NCBI GenBank assembly: GCA_963803975.1
Contig: CAWDOY010000012.1
Coordinates: forward strand, 8,486 to 72,485
Reading direction: 5' to 3'
Length of the DNA: 64,000 nucleotides
From: an uncultured delta proteobacterium
GTDB taxonomy: Bacteria; Desulfobacterota; WTBG01; CAIYCZ01
The notes under the pieces: generated by a model
The model's input: the letters and a program-made list of their open reading frames with translations, nothing else
The model's database searches: none
What the model was told of the DNA's origin: nothing
Shown: piece after piece, positions 17,638 to 28,133 of the stretch
Layout: every line of letters starts with the position of its first letter
Numbering within the stretch: position 1 is the first letter of the stretch
Made by a program: the position numbers and the translations under genes

Positions 17638-20600
17638 TTACTTCTTTTGGGCAATAAACCAGATTTCCTCCCGGCCCGGGGCGGCAGGTTCTTCACCGGT
17701 GATGGAAAAGCCTGCACCCGAGATAAGCGCCCTCACCTGCTGCGCCGTGCGAAAAAACGACACAATACCGAGCACCTTGAGCCTTGTTGTTTCAATAAAG
17801 CGCTGCACCGGAGCGCGTTCATGCGAAGGAATCGTTACCCGCACAATGAGCGCCGCACCAGGGAGAAGTTTCTCGCCCAGGCGAATAAGCGTTTCGCGTG
17901 CTTCTGCATCATCAAGGTAATGGAGCATGTCAAGCATGAGCGCGCAGTCGGCCGGCTCCGGTATGTCAGGCATATCAGGCGCGCGGCCAGCCTCTACCCG
18001 GCCCCTTTTGCCAAAAACGCGCGCGGCAGTATGCGCTCTGTCTGCGTCAGGCTCAATCCCGAATACGCGTGCTTCTGGAAACAGCTCAAGCAGCCAGGCT
18101 GCCGGCACTCCATAGCCTGTACCAATATCGATAATAATCCGTGGCGCGTACAGAAAATCTGCAAGCTTCGGGAACATGGGGTCCAGCAGTATTTTGAACC
18201 GGGCAAAGAGCCGCGGGTATGCCTCCATATGACGGTAGTGCAGAAGCACGCGCTGCAGATGCCGCCGTGAGCCGGGCTCAAGTGTTTTGTGAAGAGCCTG
18301 AACAGGTGCAAACATTTTTCTTAAAACCGGCGGCACGATGGTGACAGCGCCGATGAATGAATAGCCGATGCCCAGAGCAAGTCCCAGCCCTGCGCTTTTG
18401 AGCATGGGGTTGTCGCACACGGCAAGCACGCCGAAGCCAAGAAGCGTCGTGGCAAACGAAAGAAAGACCGACAGGCGGATAAGCCCCATTGACGAATCCT
18501 GCTCATCGCCATAGCGCTGCCAGGCCCGGATAAGGTACAGGGCATAGTCAGTGCCCATGCCGATCACGACCACGGTCACCATCAGCACCGGTATGCCCAG
18601 GGGCTGCCCCATGATATTCAGGGTGCCCAGCGTGCAGATAAGAGCAAAAACCGTGGGCGCTATTGCCAGCAGGGTAAGCTGCCAGTCGACAAAGTAAAGA
18701 AAGGCCACCATGACCGTAACCATACCCACAATGAGGCACATCCTGAGGAATGCCGATAGCAGGACCCCTGCGAAGCGGTCGCTGAAAAGCGTTGCGTCAA
18801 ACATGCGGGCACCGGCATGCGAAGCTATCTGCCTGTAAAAATTTTCGCGATCATAGTATGGGCCAGGCTTCAGCGTCAGCACCTGCTGCCAGACTTTTTT
18901 GTCAGCATACGGCACGACGCCGAAAATTTTTGAAACCTCCTCGGGCATGTCTCCGCAGACAGCGTCGCTGCTTCGCAGCATCGCGACAAAAGGCGCAAAA
19001 GCATCTGCGGAAAATCCGAGCGCGCCGGAGGCATCCGCCAGAGCTCTTTCTGTTGCAGCCGCACGGGCAGGGCTCCAGAAGCGCTGCCAGGCAGCGGCAT
19101 GCTCGCGCGCCGCTTCGCTGCCGGGCATGATTGCCGAAGGAAGAAGTCCGGCACGAAGCCCTCCGCGGATAGTTTCCTGCTGCAGAAGCGTCGAAAGCCG
19201 GTCAGCGCGCTCCCGCAGCTCTTCCCTGCTTCCCGCCTCGATTATGAGCTGGACACTGCCGGAGATATCGCCCCATACCTCTTTTATAAGCTGCTCGGCA
19301 GCAAGCGTCTCTCTGGTTACGGCATTGAGCGATGATAGATCGCTATGAAAGTCGGGACGCGCAAAAAAAAGCATGAGGCCGGCAAAGGCCAAAGCCACAG
19401 CTGCCTTCCCTGCGGGCCGCGATGAGGCCAGCTTGTTGACGGCAGCCTGGAGCGGCAGGTATGGCTCATGGGCGGCCGCGGGCATGATTTTAAAGATAAA
19501 CGGGAAAACGGCATGGACGAAGATATAGGTGAACACAACGCCAAGCGCGGAGAACTGACCGATTTCGGCAAGAGCAGGAAATCCGCTCAGAGACAGGGCT
19601 GCAAAACCCACTGCGGTTGTGAGCATGGCAAGCAGCCCCAGCGACCAGACCTGCCGTGACGCCTCCAGCCCCCTGGTCTCGCGCGGCCGGTCAAGAAAGA
19701 GCAGATAGGCAATGCCATAGTCCACGGTAAATGAGACGATGGCGCCGCCAAACCCCACGGCCAGCAGCGTAACAGAGCGGTGAAAAAGCGAGTAGACGAA
19801 AAACGCCAGCATGGTGCCAGCGCATGCCGGCAGCAGCGCGAGAAGCCCGATAAGGGGCCGTGGGAAAGCACCAAGCAGCAGAAGCGCAACGGCGACCGTT
19901 GAAAATAAAACCGCATTTTTCACATTGCGTTTGGCATTTTCTTCATTGTCAAGGGCAGCACGATACGAGCCGACGGGCGTCAGGGTGATCCTGTTTGAGC
20001 TTCCAAATTGCCGGTCAAGAGAAGCGGCAGTGGCGGCGATACAAGAGGTAATCCTGCGGGCAAACTCAGTGTCCGTGCCTGCGCTTGCTGGCTCGGCAAG
20101 CAGCAGGCAGTGCCTGCCATCGGCTGAAACAAGCAGGCCGTTTTCAAAGCGGGCATCCTGCACCGGCGCGAGAAAACGAAGCCGGGCAAGCACAAGGTTG
20201 CGCAGTCCCAGCGGGTCCCGGGCGATCAGCTCTGCCTGTCCGATCCCCTCCAGACCGCCCAGGCCGGAAAGAGTTGCCGCAAGATTTTCGCGAATTTTTT
20301 CTGCGGTAAGCAGGGGGGCGACAGCTGCTACAAGCTCAGCCTGGCTGAACAGCACGGGCAGATTGGCAACACTATAGGCGATAAGCCCGGGCATGAGGCT
20401 TTGCATCCGGTCGAGCCCCACCTGTTTGAAAAGCCGGCTTTTGACGAGTTCCGCCTCGGCACGTTTGGCGCACTCGGTCAGCAGGGCAGGATCCGGCCGC
20501 TCAAGGCCCACGTCGATCACCACCCGCTCAAGCATGGGGTGATGCTGGAGAATATAGCGGGCATCGGCTAACACCGGATCGGACTGCGGCAGCGCATCCA

Positions 20601-20709
20601 TGATATTGGTTTCAAACCGCAGGCGGCTCATGCCGATGAAAAACAGCATGGCGGTGCCCGCAATGACGAGACCTGCAATCGACCAACGGAAAATATACTT
20701 TCCTGCCAT
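17638..20709 (-). CDS. MMPL/RND exporter fused to a C-terminal class I SAM methyltransferase
   Basis: DPLGLR, FTVDYGIAY, GMGTDYALY in two TM repeats; C-terminal IIIDIGTGYGVP..VFGIEPD..LMLDMLHYL; one 1023-aa ORF. Confidence 0.85.
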   Translation of the reverse strand: MAGKYIFRWSIAGLVIAGTAMLFFIGMSRLRFETNIMDALPQSDPVLADARYILQHHPMLERVVIDVGLERPDPALLTECAKRAEAELVKSRLFKQVGLDRMQSLMPGLIAYSVANLPVLFSQAELVAAVAPLLTAEKIRENLAATLSGLGGLEGIGQAELIARDPLGLRNLVLARLRFLAPVQDARFENGLLVSADGRHCLLLAEPASAGTDTEFARRITSCIAATAASLDRQFGSSNRITLTPVGSYRAALDNEENAKRNVKNAVLFSTVAVALLLLGAFPRPLIGLLALLPACAGTMLAFFVYSLFHRSVTLLAVGFGGAIVSFTVDYGIAYLLFLDRPRETRGLEASRQVWSLGLLAMLTTAVGFAALSLSGFPALAEIGQFSALGVVFTYIFVHAVFPFIFKIMPAAAHEPYLPLQAAVNKLASSRPAGKAAVALAFAGLMLFFARPDFHSDLSSLNAVTRETLAAEQLIKEVWGDISGSVQLIIEAGSREELRERADRLSTLLQQETIRGGLRAGLLPSAIMPGSEAAREHAAAWQRFWSPARAAATERALADASGALGFSADAFAPFVAMLRSSDAVCGDMPEEVSKIFGVVPYADKKVWQQVLTLKPGPYYDRENFYRQIASHAGARMFDATLFSDRFAGVLLSAFLRMCLIVGMVTVMVAFLYFVDWQLTLLAIAPTVFALICTLGTLNIMGQPLGIPVLMVTVVVIGMGTDYALYLIRAWQRYGDEQDSSMGLIRLSVFLSFATTLLGFGVLAVCDNPMLKSAGLGLALGIGYSFIGAVTIVPPVLRKMFAPVQALHKTLEPGSRRHLQRVLLHYRHMEAYPRLFARFKILLDPMFPKLADFLYAPRIIIDIGTGYGVPAAWLLELFPEARVFGIEPDADRAHTAARVFGKRGRVEAGRAPDMPDIPEPADCALMLDMLHYLDDAEARETLIRLGEKLLPGAALIVRVTIPSHERAPVQRFIETTRLKVLGIVSFFRTAQQVRALISGAGFSITGEEPAAPGREEIWFIAQKK

Positions 20710-20715
20710 GACAGC

Positions 20716-21456
20716 CTATCTCTGCAAATGCCGACGCGGTTTCATGAAACGGATAAAGGGCGCAATAAATAATCTGCCGAAGATGAGCCGGGTAAACGTA
20801 AGTGAGTTGCGCATGAAATCGACAAACCCGCGGTAATGGGAAATGCGCTCGTTTTTCGGGGCATAGGAAACCCGTATGGGAGCCTCAAGCACCGGGATGC
20901 CGTACCAGCACGCCTTCACCAGCACCTCGACCTCGAATTGAAACCTGCGCGCCCGCACCGGCAGGTCGAGCGTTTCCGGCAGCGGGTAGAGGCGCATGCC
21001 GCTCTGCGTATCGGAAACTGCAGGGCCGCCCGCGGCGCGCACCCAGAAGTTTGAAAATTTCCTCCCGAACCTGCTTGCCCAGGGCACATGCTCGCCGTGC
21101 ATGCCCTCGCGCCTGCCCGTAACAATCGGCCGCAGCCCTTCAGGCACTGCCGCTAAGAGTCTGCGTGCGTCTTCGGGCTGGTGCTGGCCATCGGCATCAA
21201 GGGTTATGGCCCAATGAGCTGTTTGCGCTGCCGCCGCAAAGCCCGTGAGCAGTGCTGCTCCCTTGCCCCTGTTATGCGGATGCCGCAGGATGGTGATCGA
21301 TGGAATGACCTTTATCTTTTCATAGGTGCTGTCTGTCGAGCCATCGTCCACCACAAATACCGGGCAGTTCAGTTCAAGACACTGCCGCACCACAGCGGCG
21401 ACTGTTTTCTCATGATTATAGACCGGAACGATGACTGCTGCGCGCACCTGTTCCAT
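20716..21456 (-). CDS. Glycosyltransferase family 2
   Basis: VIVPVYNH, VVDDGSTD, NRGKGAAL, TLDADGQH, DTQSGMRLYP. ATG at 21456 is preferred over the ORF-track start at 21498. Confidence 0.9.
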   Translation of the reverse strand: MEQVRAAVIVPVYNHEKTVAAVVRQCLELNCPVFVVDDGSTDSTYEKIKVIPSITILRHPHNRGKGAALLTGFAAAAQTAHWAITLDADGQHQPEDARRLLAAVPEGLRPIVTGRREGMHGEHVPWASRFGRKFSNFWVRAAGGPAVSDTQSGMRLYPLPETLDLPVRARRFQFEVEVLVKACWYGIPVLEAPIRVSYAPKNERISHYRGFVDFMRNSLTFTRLIFGRLFIAPFIRFMKPRRHLQR

Positions 21457-21461
21457 GAGCT

Positions 21462-23175
21462 TCACCTCACCGCAGCGGGAGCAAAGGCCACGGCCCATGT
21501 GCCCGGCCCCGTATGCACGCCCGTCGTGAGAGACAACGGCCGCACCAGCAGTTCTGTGTTTGGAAAACGGCGCTGCACGGTTGCGGCTACTTCCTCAACA
21601 AAGCTGCGGTTGTCCGTGTACTGAAAAAGTATCAGGCCATAGGCCTCAGCCGGAAAAACTTCTGCGATGCGCTCAAGGGCAAACCGCACCTGCTCAGAGC
21701 GGTTTCTGACCATGCCGACCTTTTGCGCCCCGTCTTTTTGCGGGCTTATGACCGGTTTAAACTTCAGCATATCACCAAACAATGCCCCGGTTTTTGACAG
21801 CCTGCCGCCTGCGGCAAGATAGTGCAGCTGATCGATAAATATATACTCGCGTGCAAGCTCCAAAGCTGTTCGCGCGCATGTTTCAACCTCGCCGATGCCT
21901 AGTCGCATGCCGGGCACAGCGCGCCGCGCAGTGCACGGCAATTGCAAGCCGTCCTGATGCTGTGCCGGTGTCTATAATAGTGAAACGGTTTTCTGGATCA
22001 TGTTCCTGTTTCCAGCCAAGGGCGGTCTTAAAATTTCCCGTATAGACCGAACCAACGCACAGGTACAGCACGCTTGCATGCAGTTCGAGCGCTCCGGCGT
22101 AGTGCTGTCGCCGCTCATCCAGCGATGCCTGCGCCGTGGAGCAGGGAATGCCTGCGCGCATGGCTTTATACATGTCGGCAGGCGAGCAACAGGTTTCCGG
22201 CAGGCTCGTGTCGCCCATGGTTATATAGCTGTCAAGCAGGGCTATCCCCAGCATGGCAGCATCTTCGCGGGTGACGGAGCCTGCGGCATCCGTCATGATA
22301 TGGACGACAGAGGCTGAACCCGGTTCTGCAAACATCCCCGTCTGGGCCGCGAGATCATCATCGGCCCAGGCAACAATACGTCCGCTTGCGGCAAGCTCGC
22401 GTTGAGCCTTTTCACGGTCAGGTGCATGCAGGTGCACCTTGATATACTCACCGCTGCGCATGACAACAGTGCTTTCGCCCATATGCTGAAGCTTTGCTTC
22501 GGCGCTGCCGTCACACTTCAGCACCGCGTCGATACAGAAACCCGCGGCTGTTTCCCGGCTGAACGTGTCGGCTATGCGGAGGCATTCTTTAAAGCAGGCG
22601 CGGGCCGGAGAAAAGCACTGCTTCGTGCCGGCAAGGCAGCTGAAAAAACCGTCAAAAAAAAGATACATGCCCAGGGCTCCGGCATCGACAACATGGGCCT
22701 GCTCAAGCACCGGCTGCTGACAAACGGTGTCGGCAACCGCATGTTCAAGGGATTGAAGAAGAGCTTTCGTCCACGCGGCGTCTGCTTCGGATGGGATACA
22801 GCGGCACAGCTCAGCAAGCCGGTCAAAAAAACTCAGCATGGTGCCGGGCCGGGGCTCAGTCACCGCCCGGTATGCCGCATCTCTGCCGCGCTGCACGGTC
22901 GCGGCCCAATCCTGAAGCGATGCCATGCACGCGAACTCCTCCAGAAAGCGGGCGGCGATATTGCCTGAATTGCCGCGTGCCGCAAGCAGCAGGCTCCGGC
23001 AGAGCTCCCCGGTATCGGCATGCTCTTTTCGCAGCGGAGCAAGGCTTATAACAAGATTGCGGCCCGTGTCGCCGTCAGCCACGGGAAAGACATTGATCCG
23101 GTCCAGAAGCTGTGACCAGACCGTTACCGTTTCAGCGCCCGCGGCAAGGGCTTTGTAAAAACCGGGCCGTGTCAC
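21462..23175 (-). CDS. DAK2 (FakA-like)-DegV (FakB-like) fusion; frameshift near 21900
   Basis: LDRINVFPVADGDTGRNL, ARGNSG (DAK2); HIMTDAAGS, STAQAS, then in the next frame YLAAGGRLS..KPVIS..GVHTGPG (DegV). Confidence 0.85.
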
Positions 23176-23594
23176 GGCATCCCCAGCGCAGCGCGTATGG
23201 CTGCGGGTATCTCGAAGAGCATGTCCCCTTCGGGCATTTGCACCGCAACCTGCTCGGTCCTGCCTTTAACGCAAACTCTGCCGTCGGCCTTGAGCCTGAC
23301 TTCAAAGTCCACAACGAGCTTTTCCTTGCAGTCTGCAACGGTGGCCCTGCAGGTGAACTCGTCGCCGTATCGAAGGGGGTAGATATGCTTGGTGGCTGTT
23401 TTGATGATAGGGAAAACGCAATTGCTTTTTACATAAAATTCGTGCAGGTCTATGCCGACACTTCCCAGCAGGGCAGAGCGGGCGTCTTCAAAATATTTAA
23501 AATAGTTGCCGTGCCACACTATCTGCATGGGGTCAAGCTCGTAGAAGGCCACGGTATGCTCAATCTCAAAGCTCGGATGATGCTCGCGGCTCAT
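23172..23594 (-). CDS. Acyl-CoA/ACP thioesterase (4HBT/YbgC family)
   Basis: VAFYELDPMQIVWHGNYFKYFEDAR. Confidence 0.9.
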   Translation of the reverse strand: MSREHHPSFEIEHTVAFYELDPMQIVWHGNYFKYFEDARSALLGSVGIDLHEFYVKSNCVFPIIKTATKHIYPLRYGDEFTCRATVADCKEKLVVDFEVRLKADGRVCVKGRTEQVAVQMPEGDMLFEIPAAIRAALGMP

Positions 23595-25183
23595 GACTTT
23601 TGCACTCCTGCCAGCACTGCAAAGAGTTCGCCGCGGCCGATAGCCTGCACCATGGCTTCAATGTCGCGGTCAAGGGGGCGGTCGCACTCAAGGCGTGGTG
23701 AAACCAGGCGTATGCTTTTCACCAGAGCCTGAAGCCGTGGGCGCTTGTGCAGATTGCCCCGCAGCTGACAGGCCTGAGCAGCGGCCAGCAGATGAATGGC
23801 AAGCACACGCTCCACAAGCTCGCAGTTACGCCGGGCATCGCGGGCTGCAATGGTGCCCATGCTCACCTTGTCCTGATTATGGGATTCCGAGGAACGCGAG
23901 AATGAAGCGGCCGGCATGGTATTTTTCAGGGCCTCTGCGGCAAGGGCTGAGGCGCTGATGGACATGGCCTTGAAGCCGTGATGGAAAAAATGCTCATCTC
24001 CGGCAACACCCACCAGATCTTCGGGCAGCCCGCGGTTGAACTGAGGATGCACCAGCAGCAGTATCTGCCGGTCGGCCATGTCGGCAACCGAGGCAAGGGC
24101 AGCTTTCAGGCCGTCCATGGCAAATGCGATATGGCCGCCGTAAAAATTGCCGCTCATGAGGTGTTCGCCGGTTGCAGGGTCAAATATCGGATTGTCGTTT
24201 GAGCTGTTGGTCTCGATCTCAACCCACTGCTCAACCCATGCCAGGGCATCACACAGCACACCGGCAATCTGCGGGGTGCAGCGCACCGAATACGGGTCCT
24301 GCAGGGCATGGGGGCCGTCATCCTCCAGCGCGCGCACATCACTTTTTGCGGCAAGCAGGTGCTCGAGGCATCGGGCCACATACGCCTGCCCGCTGAATGG
24401 TTTCGCCCGGCTGATGGCAGGATGGAAATGGCACACCTTGCCCTTGAAAGCATGAACGGTAAGGGCCGTAGCGCACAGGGCTGCATGCAGTATGGAACGG
24501 GCACGCATAACAGACATAACAGCAATGCCGGTCATGGTGGAAGTGCCATTGACCATGGCAAGGGGCTCCTTCGGATCAAAGACATACGGGGCTATGCCGG
24601 CTTTTTTGAGCGCCAGACGAGCGCTCATGCGCCTGCCCTTATAAAAAGCCTCCCGCTCACCTGCCATGCATGCAGCCACATAGGACATGGGCGTGAGGTC
24701 ACCCGATGCTCCAACCGATCCTTCTCCCGGCACCACGGGCGTAACACCCTTATTGAGCATATCGGCCAGCTGCTGCAGCAGCGCCACGGATACTCCCGAA
24801 TAACCCGTTGCCAGGCAGAGCATGCGGCACAGCATGGCAGCACGGGTCTCTTCAATGCCTATGGGCTCGCCCGTACCGCAGCCGTGAAACGGCAGCGGGT
24901 TTGCGGTGGTGCGCAGGGCAGCATCTTTGGGCAGCCTTTTGCCGCAGGATTTGCCGAAGCCCGTATTCACGCCGTAAACTGCATCGCCCCTTTTGAGCGC
25001 CCGCTGCAGAAAAACCTGCGAACGCGCCATGCGAGCCCGAAACAGTTTCTGTGTGCTGAGCGCTACGTGTGCGCGGCCCTGTGCAACGAGCTGAATCTGC
25101 TCGCATGACAAAAGCCCCTGCCCGACGATAACAACATTATTTTTTGTCATATAAGAATTCCTGTTCGTAAGAGTAATCGTCAT
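23591..25183 (-). CDS. MIO-dependent aromatic amino-acid ammonia-lyase (HAL/PAL/TAL family)
   Basis: VYGVNTGFG, GSVGASGDL (ASG MIO motif), MVNGT, LQDPYSVRC, DNP, GNFYG, HNQDKVSMG. The true start may be the ATG at ~25150. Confidence 0.95.
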   Translation of the reverse strand: MTITLTNRNSYMTKNNVVIVGQGLLSCEQIQLVAQGRAHVALSTQKLFRARMARSQVFLQRALKRGDAVYGVNTGFGKSCGKRLPKDAALRTTANPLPFHGCGTGEPIGIEETRAAMLCRMLCLATGYSGVSVALLQQLADMLNKGVTPVVPGEGSVGASGDLTPMSYVAACMAGEREAFYKGRRMSARLALKKAGIAPYVFDPKEPLAMVNGTSTMTGIAVMSVMRARSILHAALCATALTVHAFKGKVCHFHPAISRAKPFSGQAYVARCLEHLLAAKSDVRALEDDGPHALQDPYSVRCTPQIAGVLCDALAWVEQWVEIETNSSNDNPIFDPATGEHLMSGNFYGGHIAFAMDGLKAALASVADMADRQILLLVHPQFNRGLPEDLVGVAGDEHFFHHGFKAMSISASALAAEALKNTMPAASFSRSSESHNQDKVSMGTIAARDARRNCELVERVLAIHLLAAAQACQLRGNLHKRPRLQALVKSIRLVSPRLECDRPLDRDIEAMVQAIGRGELFAVLAGVQKS

Positions 25184-25376
25184 TCCGGCGGAAGCAGGAA
25201 TGACGGAGCAATCGATAATTTAAACACTAAATAATCAAAACAGCAGGCCACGAATTGTTTTAGCCACAGAACTACACAGATTTTCACGGAAAGAGATTTT
25301 TACCTTCAGTGGTATTCTGTTAGTTGTTCTGTGGCCATACATAAAAAGTATTTAATTCCGGTTTGTCCGGGTTAGG
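25179..25376. repeat. Intergenic palindromic (REP/MITE-like) elements
   Basis: GTCATTCC..GGAATGAC (25179-25204); GCCACAGAAC..GTTCTGTGGC (25263-25335); TTCCGGTTTGTCCGGGTTAGG (25356-25376). Confidence 0.65.
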
Positions 25377-26634
25377 TGTTTTCCCTGCCAAACACTTTCC
25401 CCGCAAGATCGCGGCGCCGGGGAACAAAGGTGTGATCGGCTTTTTCCCGCTCCACCACTTTTTGCATGAGCTTGAACATTTTATAATTCTGCGGCTCGTC
25501 GCGGTAGAACATGTCCCAGGCATAGTAGTACAGCTCCTGCAGGCGCTCGGCCGTTATGTGCCGGGGCTGAAAGACAACCCGGTCGCAGGTGTAGTCATTC
25601 CAGTCATAGCTCGTGATGCGTCCCTGACCGTGCATATCATCAAATGCCTGCGTGTGTGGAAACGGTGTCAGCACGGTGAACTCTGCCATATCAAGCTCTA
25701 CCTCAAGCAGAAAATCGATGAGCCGCTTGACGTAGTCCTCAGTGTGATTGTCAAGGCCAAGCAGTATGGTGCCCTCAACGGCTATGCCGTAGTCGTGATA
25801 GCGCCTGATCCTGTTCCTGATATGGTCGGATGAGTCAAAGACAGCCTGATAGACATACCAGGCCCCTGCCTTTGCAGCTGCTGCAAGAACCTCGTCGTCC
25901 TCCTCGATGGGATGGCAGCACCACTTTTTTTTAAGCCCCGCCATTTCCCGGAACAGGCCCAGTTCCCACTGCTTGTCCTGCGCAAGGGAATTGTCCACGA
26001 TGAAAAGCCGGTTATTGTCGATGCCTGCCATCTCCTCTATAACCGTATCGTAGGGGCGGGGCCTGAATTGCCGGCCGCCCAGGAAATTGACGCAGCAGGG
26101 ATAGCAGTTGAAACGGCACCCGCGTGAGGCATGCACGAGATCCACCATCTGCACGCCCCGGTAATTATAGAGATCGCGGTGCAGAATGCTTCTGCGCGCC
26201 GGGCCGATGAGCTCCATTGGCGGATACTCGGTCATATAGTCATAGCAGGGGCGCAGGCGGTTGTTTTTAAAATCCTCAAACACCGCTTCCATCCGGCCTT
26301 CGGCCTCACCCAGAAACACCGCGTCAACATGCGCCATGGTTTCTTCTGCATGGAGCATGGCGGCAATGCCGCCGCACAGCACCTTGATGCCGCGGCTGCG
26401 GTAGTGATCGGCAATCTGCCAGCCGCGCCTGACCTGCGCGGTGAGCATCATGGAGACACCGACAAAATCGGGGGCATCGTCAAGCTCAAGGCGCTGCACG
26501 TTTTCATCCACAAACTCCACCTCCACATACGGCGGCAGCGTTGCGGCAAAAACCACGGGGCCATGGGGCGGCAGATAAAATTCCGTCTGCCGGTCAAGCT
26601 TTTTCCATTTCGGGTAGATGAGTTTAAATTTCAT
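25372..26634 (-). CDS. B12-binding-domain radical SAM protein
   Basis: N-terminal DENVQ..VGVSMM..VLCGGIAAM..VFLGEAEG; SRGCRFNCYPC (CxxxCxxC); LTPFPHT. Confidence 0.9.
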   Translation of the reverse strand: MKFKLIYPKWKKLDRQTEFYLPPHGPVVFAATLPPYVEVEFVDENVQRLELDDAPDFVGVSMMLTAQVRRGWQIADHYRSRGIKVLCGGIAAMLHAEETMAHVDAVFLGEAEGRMEAVFEDFKNNRLRPCYDYMTEYPPMELIGPARRSILHRDLYNYRGVQMVDLVHASRGCRFNCYPCCVNFLGGRQFRPRPYDTVIEEMAGIDNNRLFIVDNSLAQDKQWELGLFREMAGLKKKWCCHPIEEDDEVLAAAAKAGAWYVYQAVFDSSDHIRNRIRRYHDYGIAVEGTILLGLDNHTEDYVKRLIDFLLEVELDMAEFTVLTPFPHTQAFDDMHGQGRITSYDWNDYTCDRVVFQPRHITAERLQELYYYAWDMFYRDEPQNYKMFKLMQKVVEREKADHTFVPRRRDLAGKVFGRENT

Positions 26635-26642
26635 ATGAAATG

Positions 26643-27329
26643 CTACTTCGCATCACCCGCCTTTGCAGGCTCGGCACTGATGGGGCGCAGCTGCAGGCGG
26701 TACGGCTGTGGCTGCAGCCCCTGCAAAACAACAGTGCCCGGCAAGCCGCCGGCAGCTGCTGCGCCTTGTGCGGTGCGGGTAGCACCTGATCCGTTTTTAT
26801 ATTCCTGCAGCTCCCAGCTATTGTCAGGATGCACGATAACATCGATTGCCATGCCGTCGGCCAGGCCGTATCTGCAGATACTTGATCCATTATTCAATAT
26901 GCCGCATTGCTGCGGCTCACCCGCAGGAGGCAGCAGGAGAAACTGCACGTCACGCAACAATGCGCTCCTGAATTCGGGCCCGTCAAAAGGGGGGAGCGCC
27001 CGGTAGAGGGTGATCACATCATTGCGTGTGGAAGCGTCAAAGAGCAGCAGCCCTTCAATAGTCATAATGGCTGCCCTGACAGCTCGCCCTCCGGGGTCGA
27101 TGACCGTAATGCCTATGAGGGTCATTTTTTTGCCATCAGGCAGCTGCGCCTCTATGGCGTTGATAAAACGAGCCGGCGCGACGGGAAACGGCAGCCTGCA
27201 GCGCTCCCGGTGTTCAGGGCCCGCAGGATTAACAGGCATTGGCCGCTGCGATGATGCGCATGCGCACAGCAGAAGCGCTGAGACAACACAGCACCATCGC
27301 ACGTGTGCCTTTATTATAGCCGGCATCAC
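26643..27329 (-). CDS. Lipoprotein, DUF3261-like
   Basis: Lipobox LLCAC; TIEGLLLFDA, LLRDVQFLLL; next to the LolA-like gene, as in aryl-polyene clusters. Confidence 0.55.
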   Translation of the reverse strand: MMPAIIKAHVRWCCVVSALLLCACASSQRPMPVNPAGPEHRERCRLPFPVAPARFINAIEAQLPDGKKMTLIGITVIDPGGRAVRAAIMTIEGLLLFDASTRNDVITLYRALPPFDGPEFRSALLRDVQFLLLPPAGEPQQCGILNNGSSICRYGLADGMAIDVIVHPDNSWELQEYKNGSGATRTAQGAAAAGGLPGTVVLQGLQPQPYRLQLRPISAEPAKAGDAK

Positions 27330-27985
27330 GGTTTCCTGAAGAGCCCGTCTTCAAGCCGGGCATTGATCTTCACATCGGCAAAATCAAGGGTTGTGGTATT
27401 GCCCTCGCCTTCGCGTATGATGATTGATTGAATCATGCCCGGCCGGTCAGGCGCGGGGATAATCTCAATGCCTGAGATGATCTGCCCGAGGCTGCTGTCG
27501 CGGGGCCGCAGCTGAATCCGCGGCGCAGTACCCGCCAGCAGTTCGGCAGTAAAGCCCTGACTTTCGGTAAAACGGCCCGTGCTCCACAGCATTATCTCCT
27601 GCAGCATCACGCTTGTTGCCGCAGCGCCGATGCCCGCGTCTTCCGTCCAGCCGCTGTGCCCCTGCGTAAAACGCCTGCTTGTGCCCTGGTGCAGCAGAAG
27701 GACGCTTTTGACCGGCGCATCATAGGCCCAGCGTACGGAATCGGGCGCTTTGAAGCAGAAGGTGCCATGAGACACAAGCGGACTTGCCAGTATCTTCATG
27801 CGCTTTGTCTGCGTGAAGCGGGCGCTGATGGAGGAGACCTTTGCAGATTCCTTCCGTATGCTCTCCCAGGAGTCTGTCCAGCCGGCACAAAGAAAACCGG
27901 TGCAGAACAGCACCGCGATGAATCGTGCATGGTGCATTATATGGATTCCCTGCGGGCGCATGCAATCTCTCACTATGTTATTCAA
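27326..27985 (-). CDS. lolA: Outer-membrane lipoprotein carrier LolA-like protein
   Basis: SISARFTQTK..LVSHGTFCFKAPDSVRWAYDAP..EGNTTTLDF. The start is probably downstream, at ~27937. Confidence 0.85.
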   Translation of the reverse strand: MNNIVRDCMRPQGIHIMHHARFIAVLFCTGFLCAGWTDSWESIRKESAKVSSISARFTQTKRMKILASPLVSHGTFCFKAPDSVRWAYDAPVKSVLLLHQGTSRRFTQGHSGWTEDAGIGAAATSVMLQEIMLWSTGRFTESQGFTAELLAGTAPRIQLRPRDSSLGQIISGIEIIPAPDRPGMIQSIIIREGEGNTTTLDFADVKINARLEDGLFRKP

Positions 27986-28103
27986 CCTAACCCGGACTAT
28001 CCAGAACCAAATTTAAACTCAATAAAAAGAAACAAAGGAATTTATATTTGGAACTCAGGAACTCATAAAGGTAAAAACAAAAAACCTGATTTCTTGAGTT
28101 CCA
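27986..28103. repeat. Intergenic palindromic element
   Basis: CCTAACCCGGACTATCCAGAA (inverted copy of 25356-25376, 3 mismatches) followed by TGGAACTCAGGA..TCTTGAGTTCCA (28049-28103). Confidence 0.6.
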
Positions 28104-28133
28104 GATTTTTATTTTTTCCATTTTCACCATTGC

